Assembly: GCA_017428105.1 (NCBI GenBank)
Contig: JAFRRM010000003.1
Location: 12,861-76,860, forward strand
From: Lachnospiraceae bacterium
GTDB lineage: Bacteria; Bacillota; Clostridia; Lachnospirales; Lachnospiraceae
DNA length: 64,000 nucleotides
Direction of reading: 5' to 3'
The translations under genes and the position numbers were made by a program. The notes under the pieces were generated by a model that did not search any database, had not been told where the DNA came from, and saw nothing but the letters and a program-made list of their open reading frames with translations. Below, piece after piece: positions 28,916 to 38,046 of the stretch (position 1 is its first letter; each line of letters opens with the position of its first letter).

Positions 28916-29539
28916 ATGAAAGAGAAGAAACTCAGCAATAAGCAGCAGGAAATACTGGAATTCATCCGCACGGAGATCCGGGAGAAGGGGTATCCGCCCA
29001 CAGTCCGCGAGATCGGCCAGAAAGTGCACCTCAGCTCCACTTCTTCCGTGCACGCGAATCTGGGCAAGCTGGAAGCCATGGGCAAGATCCGCCGGGACCC
29101 CAGCAAGCCCCGCACCATCGAACTGGTCGATGAAGAGTTCAATTCGGGCCGGAAGGAAATGATCCCGGTGCCGCTCGTCGGCCAGGTCGCCGCCGGCCAG
29201 CCCATCCTTGCGGAGCAGAACATCGAGGGCTATTTCCCGTTCCCGGCCGAGGAACTTCCCGCCGCTGACACTTCCCTCTTCATGCTGGAGGTGCACGGGA
29301 ACAGCATGGTCAACGTCGGCATCCTGAACGGGGACCGGCTGATCTGCCGCGAAGCGGAAACGGCGCGCAACGGCGAACTGGCGGTCGTCCTGGTAGAGGA
29401 TTCCGCCACAGTCAAGCGCTTTTACAAAGAACAGGGTTATTACCGGCTGCAGCCGGAAAACGACGAGATGGAACCGATCATCGTCCCGGAATGCCGCGTG
29501 CTGGGCAAGCCGGTGGCGCTGATCCGGAATTATTTCTGA
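28916..29539 (+). CDS. lexA: LexA repressor
   Basis: Winged-helix N-terminus (KQQEILEFI..GYPPTVREI), Ala-Gly cleavage site in VAAGQPILAE, and the S24 peptidase Ser (GNSM) and Lys (VKRF). Confidence 0.95.
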   Translation: MKEKKLSNKQQEILEFIRTEIREKGYPPTVREIGQKVHLSSTSSVHANLGKLEAMGKIRRDPSKPRTIELVDEEFNSGRKEMIPVPLVGQVAAGQPILAEQNIEGYFPFPAEELPAADTSLFMLEVHGNSMVNVGILNGDRLICREAETARNGELAVVLVEDSATVKRFYKEQGYYRLQPENDEMEPIIVPECRVLGKPVALIRNYF

Positions 29540-29546
29540 TCGGATC

Positions 29547-29587
29547 AAAAAAAGGACCCGTCCCATGCCGGACGGGTCTTTTTTTGT
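29547..29587. terminator. Bidirectional terminator between lexA and recO
   Basis: GACCCGTCC / GGACGGGTC stem, 6-nt loop, flanked by AAAAAAA and TTTTTTTT. Confidence 0.8.
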
Positions 29588-29596
29588 CTGTCACAT

Positions 29597-30253
29597 TCAC
29601 TTCATCGAAAGATAATCGTCCAGAACGGTCAGGGACTTGAACCGGCCGTCTATCAGCGCGTTCCGCAGCGTCGCCACATGCTGGGAGAACTCCCGGAAAG
29701 ACTGCGGCTCCAGAAGAAACTGAAAGCACTTGTCCGCATCCGCATCCAGCACGTACTGCCAGGCCCGGCCGGCGGATGAATCCGGGGCAAAAGGAGGTTC
29801 CGGAAGGGCCTCCCCTTCTGTCTGCATCAGCTTCAGTTCATAGGCGTAGCGGACGAGCGCGCGGTCCAGCCGTGTGTTGTGCAGGCTGCGGACCGCATAG
29901 AACAGGAGACGGACCAGCGGCAGGTCCTCCACGTTTTCGCGGCTGTAATAAGCGGCCAGTTCGGCAAAATAGGACGCGTAGCAGAATGCTTCGGGATCCG
30001 CGGCAAGGAAGGCAAAAAACTCTTTGATGTCGGCGGAGCGGACCGTGTAGGCGCTGCGGCCCTGGAACAGTTCGAATTCGCCGAACGCAAAGAGACGGCC
30101 GGCGGCCAGCAGGGGGCTCCCGATCTTCCGCCCTCCGCGCAGGAAAGCGCTGATCTTTCCCAGCTCCGCCGTCAGAAGCTCCACTCTTCTGTCGTTTTCC
30201 GACATGGGCATGGCGGAGATCACCATCCCCGTCACCCGGATCACGTCGTTCAT
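29597..30253 (-). CDS. recO: DNA repair protein RecO
   Basis: 218 aa with an OB-fold N-terminus (..VISAMPMSENDRRVELLT..) and a helical C-terminus. Conserved era-recO pairing with a 4-nt overlap. Confidence 0.8.
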   Translation of the reverse strand: MNDVIRVTGMVISAMPMSENDRRVELLTAELGKISAFLRGGRKIGSPLLAAGRLFAFGEFELFQGRSAYTVRSADIKEFFAFLAADPEAFCYASYFAELAAYYSRENVEDLPLVRLLFYAVRSLHNTRLDRALVRYAYELKLMQTEGEALPEPPFAPDSSAGRAWQYVLDADADKCFQFLLEPQSFREFSQHVATLRNALIDGRFKSLTVLDDYLSMK

Positions 30254-31134
30254 TTCTTACGGTACCCCAGACTTCCCAGCTGCAGATTGTCGTTGCGCCA
30301 GTCGCGGCGCACTTTCACGAACAGTTTCAGATCGACCCGCGCTTCGAGGAGTTCCTCGATATCCTTCCGCGCTTCCGTGCCGATGGTCTTCAGCATGGAG
30401 CCGCCCCTGCCGATCACGATGCCTTTGTGCGATTCCCGCTCGCAGATGATCGCCGCCTCGATATGCACCGGCCGGCCTTCCTCTTCCCGGAACGATTCGA
30501 TCTCCACGGCGATCCCGTGCGGAACTTCCTGCGAGAGGTGGCGCAGCGCCTTTTCGCGGATCAGTTCGGCGGCCAGGTCGCGGAGTGACTGGTCCGTCAG
30601 CGTGTCTTCGTCGAAATAGTACGGCCCTTCGGGAAGGTGGTCGTAGATCAGCCGGCGCAGGTCTTCCACGCCGTCGCCGGACAGCGCAGAGACCGCGATG
30701 CAGTCCGCAAACCGGCGTCGCGCCTCAAAGCGGGCGCGGCAGGCGGCCAGTGTCTCATCGTCCGCCGTATCCGCCTTGTTGATCACCAGCAGGACCGGTA
30801 CACCGGTGCCGTCCAGGTAAGACAGGATCTGCTCTTCTTTCTCCGCCACCGGGTCCGAGGGCTCCACCAGCCAGCAGACCACGTCCACTTCGGAAAGCGT
30901 CCCTTTCGCGGCGCTGACCATGTAATCGCCCAGTTTGTTTTTGGCTTTGTGGATGCCGGGCGTGTCCAGGAACACGATCTGACCGCGTTCGTCTGTCCAG
31001 ACGGTCTCGATGCGGGTGCGTGTGGTCTGGGCTTTATTGCTGGTAATGGCGATCTTCTGGCCGATCAGCCGGTTCATCAGCGTGGATTTCCCTACGTTGG
31101 GACGGCCGATCAGCGTTACGAATCCGGATCTCAT
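30250..31134 (-). CDS. era: GTPase Era
   Basis: [13 protein letters not shown] and NKAD motifs with a C-terminal KH domain (KGIVIGRGGSMLK). Confidence 0.95.
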   Translation of the reverse strand: MRSGFVTLIGRPNVGKSTLMNRLIGQKIAITSNKAQTTRTRIETVWTDERGQIVFLDTPGIHKAKNKLGDYMVSAAKGTLSEVDVVCWLVEPSDPVAEKEEQILSYLDGTGVPVLLVINKADTADDETLAACRARFEARRRFADCIAVSALSGDGVEDLRRLIYDHLPEGPYYFDEDTLTDQSLRDLAAELIREKALRHLSQEVPHGIAVEIESFREEEGRPVHIEAAIICERESHKGIVIGRGGSMLKTIGTEARKDIEELLEARVDLKLFVKVRRDWRNDNLQLGSLGYRKK

Positions 31135-31159
31135 GAAATGCCTCTTTTCCCTGTGAATG

Positions 31160-34066
31160 CTACAGATTGATCAGCTGATCGAACAGGTCCGCGTCCTCTT
31201 CGATCTTGACGCTGCTGCCTACCGTGCAGAAGTTGTTGTCTTTCAGGATGGCTTCTATGTAAGGCGCCAGCGCTTTCAGGTCGGCCAGGCTGCAGCCGAT
31301 GACTTCGTCCCGCTCGCGCTGCTGGAACTCGGGCGTGACGCCGTTCAGGTACAGGCTGAAATCGAGGCTGCCCTGCACGGAAGGCGTGTACGGAAAATCC
31401 ATCCCGCCGATCGTGGCGATGATGAAGCTTTCCAGGGCTGCGTCCGGCAGGTCCAGCGATTCCAGATAGGCCGGGATCCTGCGGTAAACTTCTTCCGTGT
31501 TCCGGATATGAGGATCGCGGTAGGACACGAAGGAGGACGGACCGTGGATGCTGAACTGGCACATGGCCCCGTACGCGCCGCCCAGTACGCGCAGTTCCTG
31601 CCACAGGTAATCCATGCCCAGGATGCTCTGCAGGACCTTCAGGCTGCCCCGGTACGGTCCCGCCGCCTTATAACTGCCGCAATGCGCCACGTAGCCCACC
31701 GCGCCGGTGGTCTTGATGCCTTCGTTCTTCCGCACGGGCGTGCCGACGGAGAGCCGGACCGCGGGATCGGACGGGAAGGCTTCCGCCAGGCCGGCCAGCA
31801 GCGGCTGCAGCTGCGGGAAGGCGGTCTCTTCGCAGGTCAGGTTGATCAGCAGGCCGTCGCGTGTGAAAGCTTCGGCCGTCACGGCCTTCAGCATGTCTGC
31901 GGTCTCCTGCTTCCGTTCCTCATAATGCGCCGCGAGGTCTTCCAGGAAGCGCAGGAAGTCCAGGCCGTTCGTCAGTTCATTGAAGAGGGCCGGTTCATTG
32001 TAATAGGAAGCGGCGCGGGCGGCAGCGGAACGGTGCCCTGCGGCGGCATACATCTGCTTCGCGCTGATCAGGGTCTCGGACAGGATCTCCTTCACGCGCT
32101 TTTCATCGTCAAACAGCGGATCCAGGCACAGTTCCTTCAGCAGATCCGCCGTTTCCGGCCATTTCGCAGTCAGGGCGCGGACGGATAAGTTGAAATACGG
32201 GATCCATGTGCCGTCCGGCCGCCGGACCGAATCGGTGCTGACGGAGATGCCGCCGGTGATCTCGGAGATCAGATCGAACAGTTCGCGATAGTCGCGCTTC
32301 CGTGTGGAGACGACCGTAAAGCACGATTTCAGAAGGCCGAGCCAGGGCAGGTGCTCCCGCGGGATGTTGCGCAGATCGAAGTAGAAATTGGTGTAGGCGA
32401 TGCCGGCCGTCTTATCGAAGCGGTAAATGAGGCGTGCGGGGCCGGCCTGCGCCTCGGCGTTCCTCGCGGTGCGGGCGGTGCGGCGGATGTCCGACAGTTT
32501 CAGTTTCGGAACGCAGGCAGCGGCTTCCGGATCCTCCTCTTCTTCCTGATACGCCTTGAGTTCCCGGTATTCGCGGATGAGTTTTCCAATCTCGTCCTGC
32601 GTCAGCGACGCCTTATACGCCTGCAGTTTTTCCTTCAGCGCCGCGGCGTCCTTTTCGGCCTTTCCTTTTTCGGGATCCATTTCCACCAGGCTGCAGTGCG
32701 GATTGTCCAGCAGGTACCGGCGGATCAGACCTTCAAAATAGCCGTCGGAAATATGGTCCCGCAGATATTGGAAATCCTTTTCAAAACGGAGGTACAGGAA
32801 CGGATCGGTTCCGCCGTGCAGCCAGGTCTGCAGGATGCTGAGGCCGTAGATCAGACCTTTGGACATGCCGCCGAAATCGGCTTCGCGCCGCTGGAATTCG
32901 CGGGAACTGAGAGCGGCGCTGACAGAGCGGGGATTCAGGCCCTTTTCCGCCAGTTCCTCCAGGCAGTCCGTCACGATCCGCAGGAAACGGTCTTTCTCTC
33001 CTGCGCGGCAGTCTTTCGCGGTGATGCTGAACATGGGCTGGCGGATGTCATTGGAGTATCCGCCGCCCACGTCTTTCGCAAAACCCGCGTCCAGCAGGGC
33101 CTGCTTCAGCGGAGCGCCGGGCGCGTTCAGCACGACGGTCGCGAGGACGTCGAACGCGTTGGATACCAGGGAGTCCTCGATATCGCCCGCGGCCCACTGC
33201 AGGGCGTAGAAGCTCTTCTCTTCCGCATCCTCTTCTTCTCCCAGTGGATAGGTGTATGTAAGGTCCCGGCGCGCGGCAAACGGCGCCTGCAGAGTCAGCT
33301 CGGAACCGACGTCCAGCCGTTCATACTGCGACAGATAGGCGCGGTCCAGATAGTCCAGACGCTCGGCCATGTCCATGTCGCCGTACAGGAAGATGTAGCT
33401 GTTGGAAGGATGATAGAGCCTTCTGTGGAACTCGCAGAAGGCCTCGTAGGACAGCGAGGGGATGCAGTCCGGGTCGCCGCCGGATTCGAAACCGTAGGCG
33501 GTATCCGGGAACAGGCTGTTGCCCGAATACCGGGACAGGCACTCTTCCGGGTTGGAGAAGGCGCCTTTCATTTCGCTGTAGACGACGCCGTTCAGGCCGA
33601 GTTCGGCTTCCGGGCTTTCCAGTTCATAGCGCCAGCCTTCCTGCAGGAAAATGTTTTTGCAGCGGTGGATGAGCGGATGAAAAACGGCGTCCAGGTAGAC
33701 GTCCATCAGATTGGCCAGGTCCTTGTCGTTGCAGCTGGCCACCGGATAAACGGTCTTGTCCGGGTAGGTGAAGGCGTTCAGGAACGTATTCAGCGAGCTT
33801 TTGCCGAGTTCCATGAACGGGTCTTTGATCGGATATTTGTCCGAGCCGCACAGGACGCTGTGCTCCAGGATGTGGGGCAGGCCGGAATCGTCGACGGGCG
33901 GCGTGCGGAAGGCGATGAAGAAGACTTTATTGTCATCTTCCGCGGGCAGGCAGATCACATGCGCGCCGGACGCGCGGTGTTCCAGCACCGTGCCGGTCAG
34001 ACCGATCTCCTTCAGCGGAGATTCGAGGATCAGGCGGTAAGTTTCGGGGATCGTAAATCCGTTCAT
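31160..34066 (-). CDS. M16C-family (PreP/insulinase-like) zinc metallopeptidase, ~969 aa
   Basis: Inverted zinc motif HILEH in GLPHILEHSVLCGS. The large four-domain size is typical of M16C. ATG 34066 (MNGFTIPE..) forms an ATGA overlap with the upstream U32 gene. The Arg-rich 112-aa extension in the track ORF is not credible. Confidence 0.85.
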   Translation of the reverse strand: MNGFTIPETYRLILESPLKEIGLTGTVLEHRASGAHVICLPAEDDNKVFFIAFRTPPVDDSGLPHILEHSVLCGSDKYPIKDPFMELGKSSLNTFLNAFTYPDKTVYPVASCNDKDLANLMDVYLDAVFHPLIHRCKNIFLQEGWRYELESPEAELGLNGVVYSEMKGAFSNPEECLSRYSGNSLFPDTAYGFESGGDPDCIPSLSYEAFCEFHRRLYHPSNSYIFLYGDMDMAERLDYLDRAYLSQYERLDVGSELTLQAPFAARRDLTYTYPLGEEEDAEEKSFYALQWAAGDIEDSLVSNAFDVLATVVLNAPGAPLKQALLDAGFAKDVGGGYSNDIRQPMFSITAKDCRAGEKDRFLRIVTDCLEELAEKGLNPRSVSAALSSREFQRREADFGGMSKGLIYGLSILQTWLHGGTDPFLYLRFEKDFQYLRDHISDGYFEGLIRRYLLDNPHCSLVEMDPEKGKAEKDAAALKEKLQAYKASLTQDEIGKLIREYRELKAYQEEEEDPEAAACVPKLKLSDIRRTARTARNAEAQAGPARLIYRFDKTAGIAYTNFYFDLRNIPREHLPWLGLLKSCFTVVSTRKRDYRELFDLISEITGGISVSTDSVRRPDGTWIPYFNLSVRALTAKWPETADLLKELCLDPLFDDEKRVKEILSETLISAKQMYAAAGHRSAAARAASYYNEPALFNELTNGLDFLRFLEDLAAHYEERKQETADMLKAVTAEAFTRDGLLINLTCEETAFPQLQPLLAGLAEAFPSDPAVRLSVGTPVRKNEGIKTTGAVGYVAHCGSYKAAGPYRGSLKVLQSILGMDYLWQELRVLGGAYGAMCQFSIHGPSSFVSYRDPHIRNTEEVYRRIPAYLESLDLPDAALESFIIATIGGMDFPYTPSVQGSLDFSLYLNGVTPEFQQRERDEVIGCSLADLKALAPYIEAILKDNNFCTVGSSVKIEEDADLFDQLINL

Positions 34067-35289
34067 TCTGCGGCCTCTCGTAATATGTCGTTCTGCTGCA
34101 GGGGGACGTCCGTGATCAGATACAGTTTTTCGCCCGCGTGCGGGCAGCTGTCCCGGCGGACTCCCTCTTCCGTTTCGAAATACAGGACGCGCAGGGGAAT
34201 GTCGTCCCCGCCGGGCCGGACGGCCTCGATGCGCTCTCCTGCCGTGAATTTGTTCTTTTGTATGATATAAAAACCTCCTCCGTCCCGCTCTACGCGTCCC
34301 AGGAACCGAACGTCCTGACGGTAGGCGCTGCTCTCGAAATTCTGCGCTTCCGGGCCGGGCCGGCCGAAGAAAAATCCGGTGCAGTAGTCGCGGGTGGTGC
34401 ATCGATAAACTTCACGTTCGCACCAGGGAAGGACCGCGCGGTATGCTTCTTCGCTCTCCGCGAGCGCATCCAGGGCTTTCCGGTAGGCTCGCGTGACGGC
34501 GGCGATGTACAGTTCATTCTTCATCCGTCCTTCGACTTTGAGCGAGCGGACGCCCGCGGCCAGCAGTTCGGGCAGATGGGATATCATGCAGAGATCCCGC
34601 GAATTGTACAGGTAAATGCCGCGTTCCGTTTCTTCCAGCGGCATGTATTCGCCGGGCCGGGTCTCTTCGCACAGATAATACTGCCAGCGGCAGGGCTGCG
34701 TGCAGAGGCCCCGGTTGGCGTCGCGGCCGTTCAGGAAGCTGCTGATGAGGCATCGGCCGGAGTAGGACATGCACATCGAACCGTGGACGAAGACTTCAAG
34801 TTCCGGACCGTCCGGCAGAAAGCGGGCGCACGCGGCGATCTCCGCCAGCGTCATTTCCCGCGCACAGACGATGCGCGATGCGCCCAAGCCGCCCCAGAAC
34901 GCGGCGGTCTCCGCATTCGTGGTGTTGGCCTGCGTGCTGATGTGGAGCGGAACGGAGGGGCACAGGCGCTGCGCCAGACGGAAAATGCCCGGATCCGAGA
35001 CAATAAAAGCGTCCGGCCGTTCGGGCCAGACGGCGATCTTCCGGAACAGGTCTTCCGCGTCGGGAAGGTCCTGCTGATGGGCAAAGATGTTGACGGTCAG
35101 ATACAGTTTTTTTTCGCGGGAATGGGTATAGGCCAGCGCCTCCCGCAGCGCGTCATCGGAGAAATTATCCGCTTTGGCGCGCAGACTCAGGGCGCTGCTG
35201 CCGCAGTAGACGGCGTCGGCGCCGAAGGCCAGTGCGGCGGGCAGGAGGCCGGGCGATCCCACGGGGATCAGCAGTTCAGGCAGGTCCAT
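34063..35289 (-). CDS. U32-family peptidase (TrhP/YrrO-like, tRNA 5-hydroxyuridine pathway family)
   Basis: MDLPELLIPVGS N-terminus is typical of U32 proteins, with a TIM-barrel-like core carrying conserved Cys residues. It sits in the yrr-like cluster after the MltG-related gene. The start (ATG 35289 versus GTG 35301) is uncertain. Confidence 0.8.
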   Translation of the reverse strand: MDLPELLIPVGSPGLLPAALAFGADAVYCGSSALSLRAKADNFSDDALREALAYTHSREKKLYLTVNIFAHQQDLPDAEDLFRKIAVWPERPDAFIVSDPGIFRLAQRLCPSVPLHISTQANTTNAETAAFWGGLGASRIVCAREMTLAEIAACARFLPDGPELEVFVHGSMCMSYSGRCLISSFLNGRDANRGLCTQPCRWQYYLCEETRPGEYMPLEETERGIYLYNSRDLCMISHLPELLAAGVRSLKVEGRMKNELYIAAVTRAYRKALDALAESEEAYRAVLPWCEREVYRCTTRDYCTGFFFGRPGPEAQNFESSAYRQDVRFLGRVERDGGGFYIIQKNKFTAGERIEAVRPGGDDIPLRVLYFETEEGVRRDSCPHAGEKLYLITDVPLQQNDILREAAE

Positions 35290-35297
35290 GGGCGTCC

Positions 35298-35705
35298 TCA
35301 CTCCGCCTCCGGGCTTTGCGATAAGGCGAGCAGGATGCTTTCCATGGACTGCGACGTGTTCAGCCGGTACGTCCCGGGCCGGATGTCGTAGCCGTAGATC
35401 GCCGACTGCACGGTGAAGACCGTGGCGTTGCGGATCACGCCGGCATTGGCCAGCAGGCTCCCCACGCTGCGGGAAGACATGCCGGCCAGGACCGTGATTT
35501 CCACGTCATGGCCGGGCGCTTCCTCCGCAGACTGTGTGGTGAAAACGGAATAGCCGAAGTCGTAGGCCGTCCGGATCCCGTAAAAAAGGGCAAACGCAAA
35601 CACGGCCACCACGGCGATCTTGAACAGCACGTGGCCGGCATGATTCACGACCCCCAGCACGTGGGGGTCTTCCTGTGAATTGTCCCGTCTGCCCTTCGGA
35701 CTCAA
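35298..35705 (-). CDS. Membrane-anchored protein resembling only the N-terminal (LysM-like) module of MltG/YceG
   Basis: 135 aa with a TTG start 8 nt after GGAGG. One TM helix is followed by VEITVLAGMSSRSVGSLLANAGVIRNATVF..IRPGTYRLNTSQSMESILLAL. This matches my recollection of the MltG N-domain pattern, and no YceG catalytic domain follows. Confidence 0.5.
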   Translation of the reverse strand: MSPKGRRDNSQEDPHVLGVVNHAGHVLFKIAVVAVFAFALFYGIRTAYDFGYSVFTTQSAEEAPGHDVEITVLAGMSSRSVGSLLANAGVIRNATVFTVQSAIYGYDIRPGTYRLNTSQSMESILLALSQSPEAE

Positions 35706-35708
35706 GAT

Positions 35709-37358
35709 TTATACCTCCATGATGATCGGGATGATCATCGGGCTGCGACGCATCCGCTTCCAGAGGAAATCGCTGAGATCTTCCTTCATTTCGGTCTTGA
35801 TGCGGGTCCAGTCCGTGACGCCCTGGTTCTGGCAGCGGAGCACCGTGCCGTACGCCACTTCATGCGCCTCTTCCATCAGTTCTTCGGATTCGCGCACGTA
35901 CACGAAGCCGCGGGTGATGATGTCCGGGCCGGCGATCAGCTGGCCGCTGCCGTGCTCGAACACGGAGACCAGGATGATGATGCCGTGCTGGGCCAGATAC
36001 TGGCGGTCGCGCAGCACGATGTTGCCCACGTCACCCACGCCCAGGCCGTCCACCAGGATGCGGCCGCTGGGGACCTTGTCCACCACGCAGGCGCCTTCCC
36101 CGTCCAGCTCCAGTACGTCGCCGGCTTCCAGCAGGAAGATGTTTTCCCGCGGGATGCCCAGCGAGGCGGCGATGCCGGCCTGCGCCGTCCGGTGGCGGAA
36201 TTCGCCGTGCAGCGGGATCGCGTATTTGGGCTTGGTCAGGGAATATATCAGTTTCATTTCTTCCCGGCAGGCGTGCCCGGATACGTGCACGTCCTGGAAG
36301 ATGACCTTGGCGCCCTGCGATTCCAGTTCGTTGATGACTTTGTAAACGGCCTTTTCATTGCCGGGGATCGGGGTCGAGCTCAGGATGATCACGTCCGAGG
36401 AATCAATGGTCACCTTGCGGTGGATGCTGGCCGCCATGCGGGGCAGCGAGGCCATGGCTTCTCCCTGGGAGCCGGTGGTGATCAGGACCACTTTCTCACG
36501 CGGGTAATCCGCCAGCTCTTCCATCGTGATGAGCGTCCCGTCGGGGATGTCGATGTAGCCCACTTCCGATGCGGTGCCGAGCACCTTGATCATGCTGCGG
36601 CCGTCCACCGCCACTTTCCGGCCGTGCTGGACCGCCGCGTTGATGATCTGCTGCACGCGGTCCACATTGGAGGCAAAGGTGGCGACGATGATGCGGCTCT
36701 CCGCGTTCTCATCGAAGATCTGCTGGATCGTGCGGCCCACGGTGCTTTCCGACTGCGTGAAGCCTTCCTTCAGCGCGTTCGTGGAATCGCACAGGAGGGC
36801 CAGCACGCCCTGATTGCCCAGTTCCGCGAACCGCGCCAGGTTTATGGGATCGCCGAAGACCGGCGTATAGTCCACTTTAAAGTCGCCCGTATGGACCACC
36901 GTGCCCGCGGGCGTGGTGATGGCGAATGCGGCAGAATCCGCTATGCTGTGATTGATGCGGATGAATTCCACGCGGAACCGGCCCGCCGTCACGGTCTGCC
37001 CGTAGCGGACGATCTTCCGCTTGGCCATGTTTTCCATGCCCAGTTCTTCCAGTTTGCCGTCGATCAGCGCCATGCTCAGCTTGGTGCCGTAGATGGGCAC
37101 GTTGATCTTCCGCAGGACATAGGGCAGAGCCCCGATGTGGTCTTCGTGGCCGTGCGTGATGAAAAAGCCGCGGACGCGATCGATGTTGTCCTCCAGGTAG
37201 CGCACGTCCGGGATCACGAGGTCGATGCCCAGCATGTCGTCGCTGGGGAAAGCCAGGCCGCAGTCCACGATGATGATGTCGTCTTCGTATTCGAAGGCGG
37301 TGATGTTCATACCGATCTGATCAAGCCCTCCCAGAGGGATGATCCGCAGTTTGCTCAT
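35709..37358 (-). CDS. rnj: Ribonuclease J
   Basis: MBL/beta-CASP nuclease with FITHGHEDHIGALP, 549 aa, and a GGAGG RBS. Confidence 0.95.
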   Translation of the reverse strand: MSKLRIIPLGGLDQIGMNITAFEYEDDIIIVDCGLAFPSDDMLGIDLVIPDVRYLEDNIDRVRGFFITHGHEDHIGALPYVLRKINVPIYGTKLSMALIDGKLEELGMENMAKRKIVRYGQTVTAGRFRVEFIRINHSIADSAAFAITTPAGTVVHTGDFKVDYTPVFGDPINLARFAELGNQGVLALLCDSTNALKEGFTQSESTVGRTIQQIFDENAESRIIVATFASNVDRVQQIINAAVQHGRKVAVDGRSMIKVLGTASEVGYIDIPDGTLITMEELADYPREKVVLITTGSQGEAMASLPRMAASIHRKVTIDSSDVIILSSTPIPGNEKAVYKVINELESQGAKVIFQDVHVSGHACREEMKLIYSLTKPKYAIPLHGEFRHRTAQAGIAASLGIPRENIFLLEAGDVLELDGEGACVVDKVPSGRILVDGLGVGDVGNIVLRDRQYLAQHGIIILVSVFEHGSGQLIAGPDIITRGFVYVRESEELMEEAHEVAYGTVLRCQNQGVTDWTRIKTEMKEDLSDFLWKRMRRSPMIIPIIMEV

Positions 37359-37370
37359 GAAAGCCTCCTC

Positions 37371-37625
37371 TTAAAATTCGATGTCGACGTCTTCCGTCTG
37401 TTCTCCGAAAATGCTGGCCAGATGGTCCAAGAGCTCGTCGTCCTCCACCATTTCATAGACCAGTTCCTTCTCGTCCGCGTCGGACAGTTTTTCCAGGATG
37501 TAGCAGGTGCCGTCGCCCTCTTCCGCGTCCGTTACCAGCAGGAAAGAGCGGCCGGCGAGTTTGGTGGAGTCCAGCACGTAAAATGAAATATCTTCCTGAT
37601 CACCATGAAAAACGATCTTATCCAC
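37371..37625 (-). CDS. DUF1292-family small acidic protein (YrzB-like)
   Basis: 84-aa acidic protein in the conserved position after ruvX. GTG start overlaps the ruvX end. Confidence 0.7.
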   Translation of the reverse strand: MDKIVFHGDQEDISFYVLDSTKLAGRSFLLVTDAEEGDGTCYILEKLSDADEKELVYEMVEDDELLDHLASIFGEQTEDVDIEF

Positions 37626-38046
37626 GGTGTTCCTCCTTTTCGAGATAACTGCGCAGGATCAGCGCCGCGGCGATCTGATCCTCCGTCTTTTTGCGGTCCT
37701 TCCGCGCGATGCCGCCTTCCGCCAGCAGGCTGTCCGCCTCCCAGGACGTGAGGCGCTCGTCCTCATAGACCACGGGAAGGCCGGTGCGGCGGGCGACCAT
37801 TTCCCCGAATCCGCGCGTCAGCAGGGCCCGCTCTCCTTCCGTCTCATCCATGTTGAGCGGAAGGCCGATCACGACCAGTTCCGCGCCGTATTCTCCGCAC
37901 AGTTCGCAGATGCGGGCGAGACTGCGGCGCAGTTTGTTTTCTTCTTTCCGGCGGATGGTCTCCAGAGGCAGGGCCAGTTTCCCGGAGGAATCGCTGACCG
38001 CCGCGCCGATGGTGCGCGCGCCGTAATCCAGGGCCAGGATCCGCAT
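37618..38046 (-). CDS. ruvX: Holliday-junction-resolvase-like nuclease RuvX (YqgF)
   Basis: MRILALDYGARTIGAAVSD N-terminus, with the ATG overlapping the ireB TGA. Confidence 0.9.
   Translation of the reverse strand: MRILALDYGARTIGAAVSDSSGKLALPLETIRRKEENKLRRSLARICELCGEYGAELVVIGLPLNMDETEGERALLTRGFGEMVARRTGLPVVYEDERLTSWEADSLLAEGGIARKDRKKTEDQIAAALILRSYLEKEEHRG

Noticed and set aside
34067-34402. A 112-codon N-terminal extension of the M16 peptidase ORF.
   Set aside because: It is Arg/Pro/Gly-rich nonsense overlapping the 3' end of the U32 gene. ATG 34066 gives the MNGFTIPE start and an ATGA junction.
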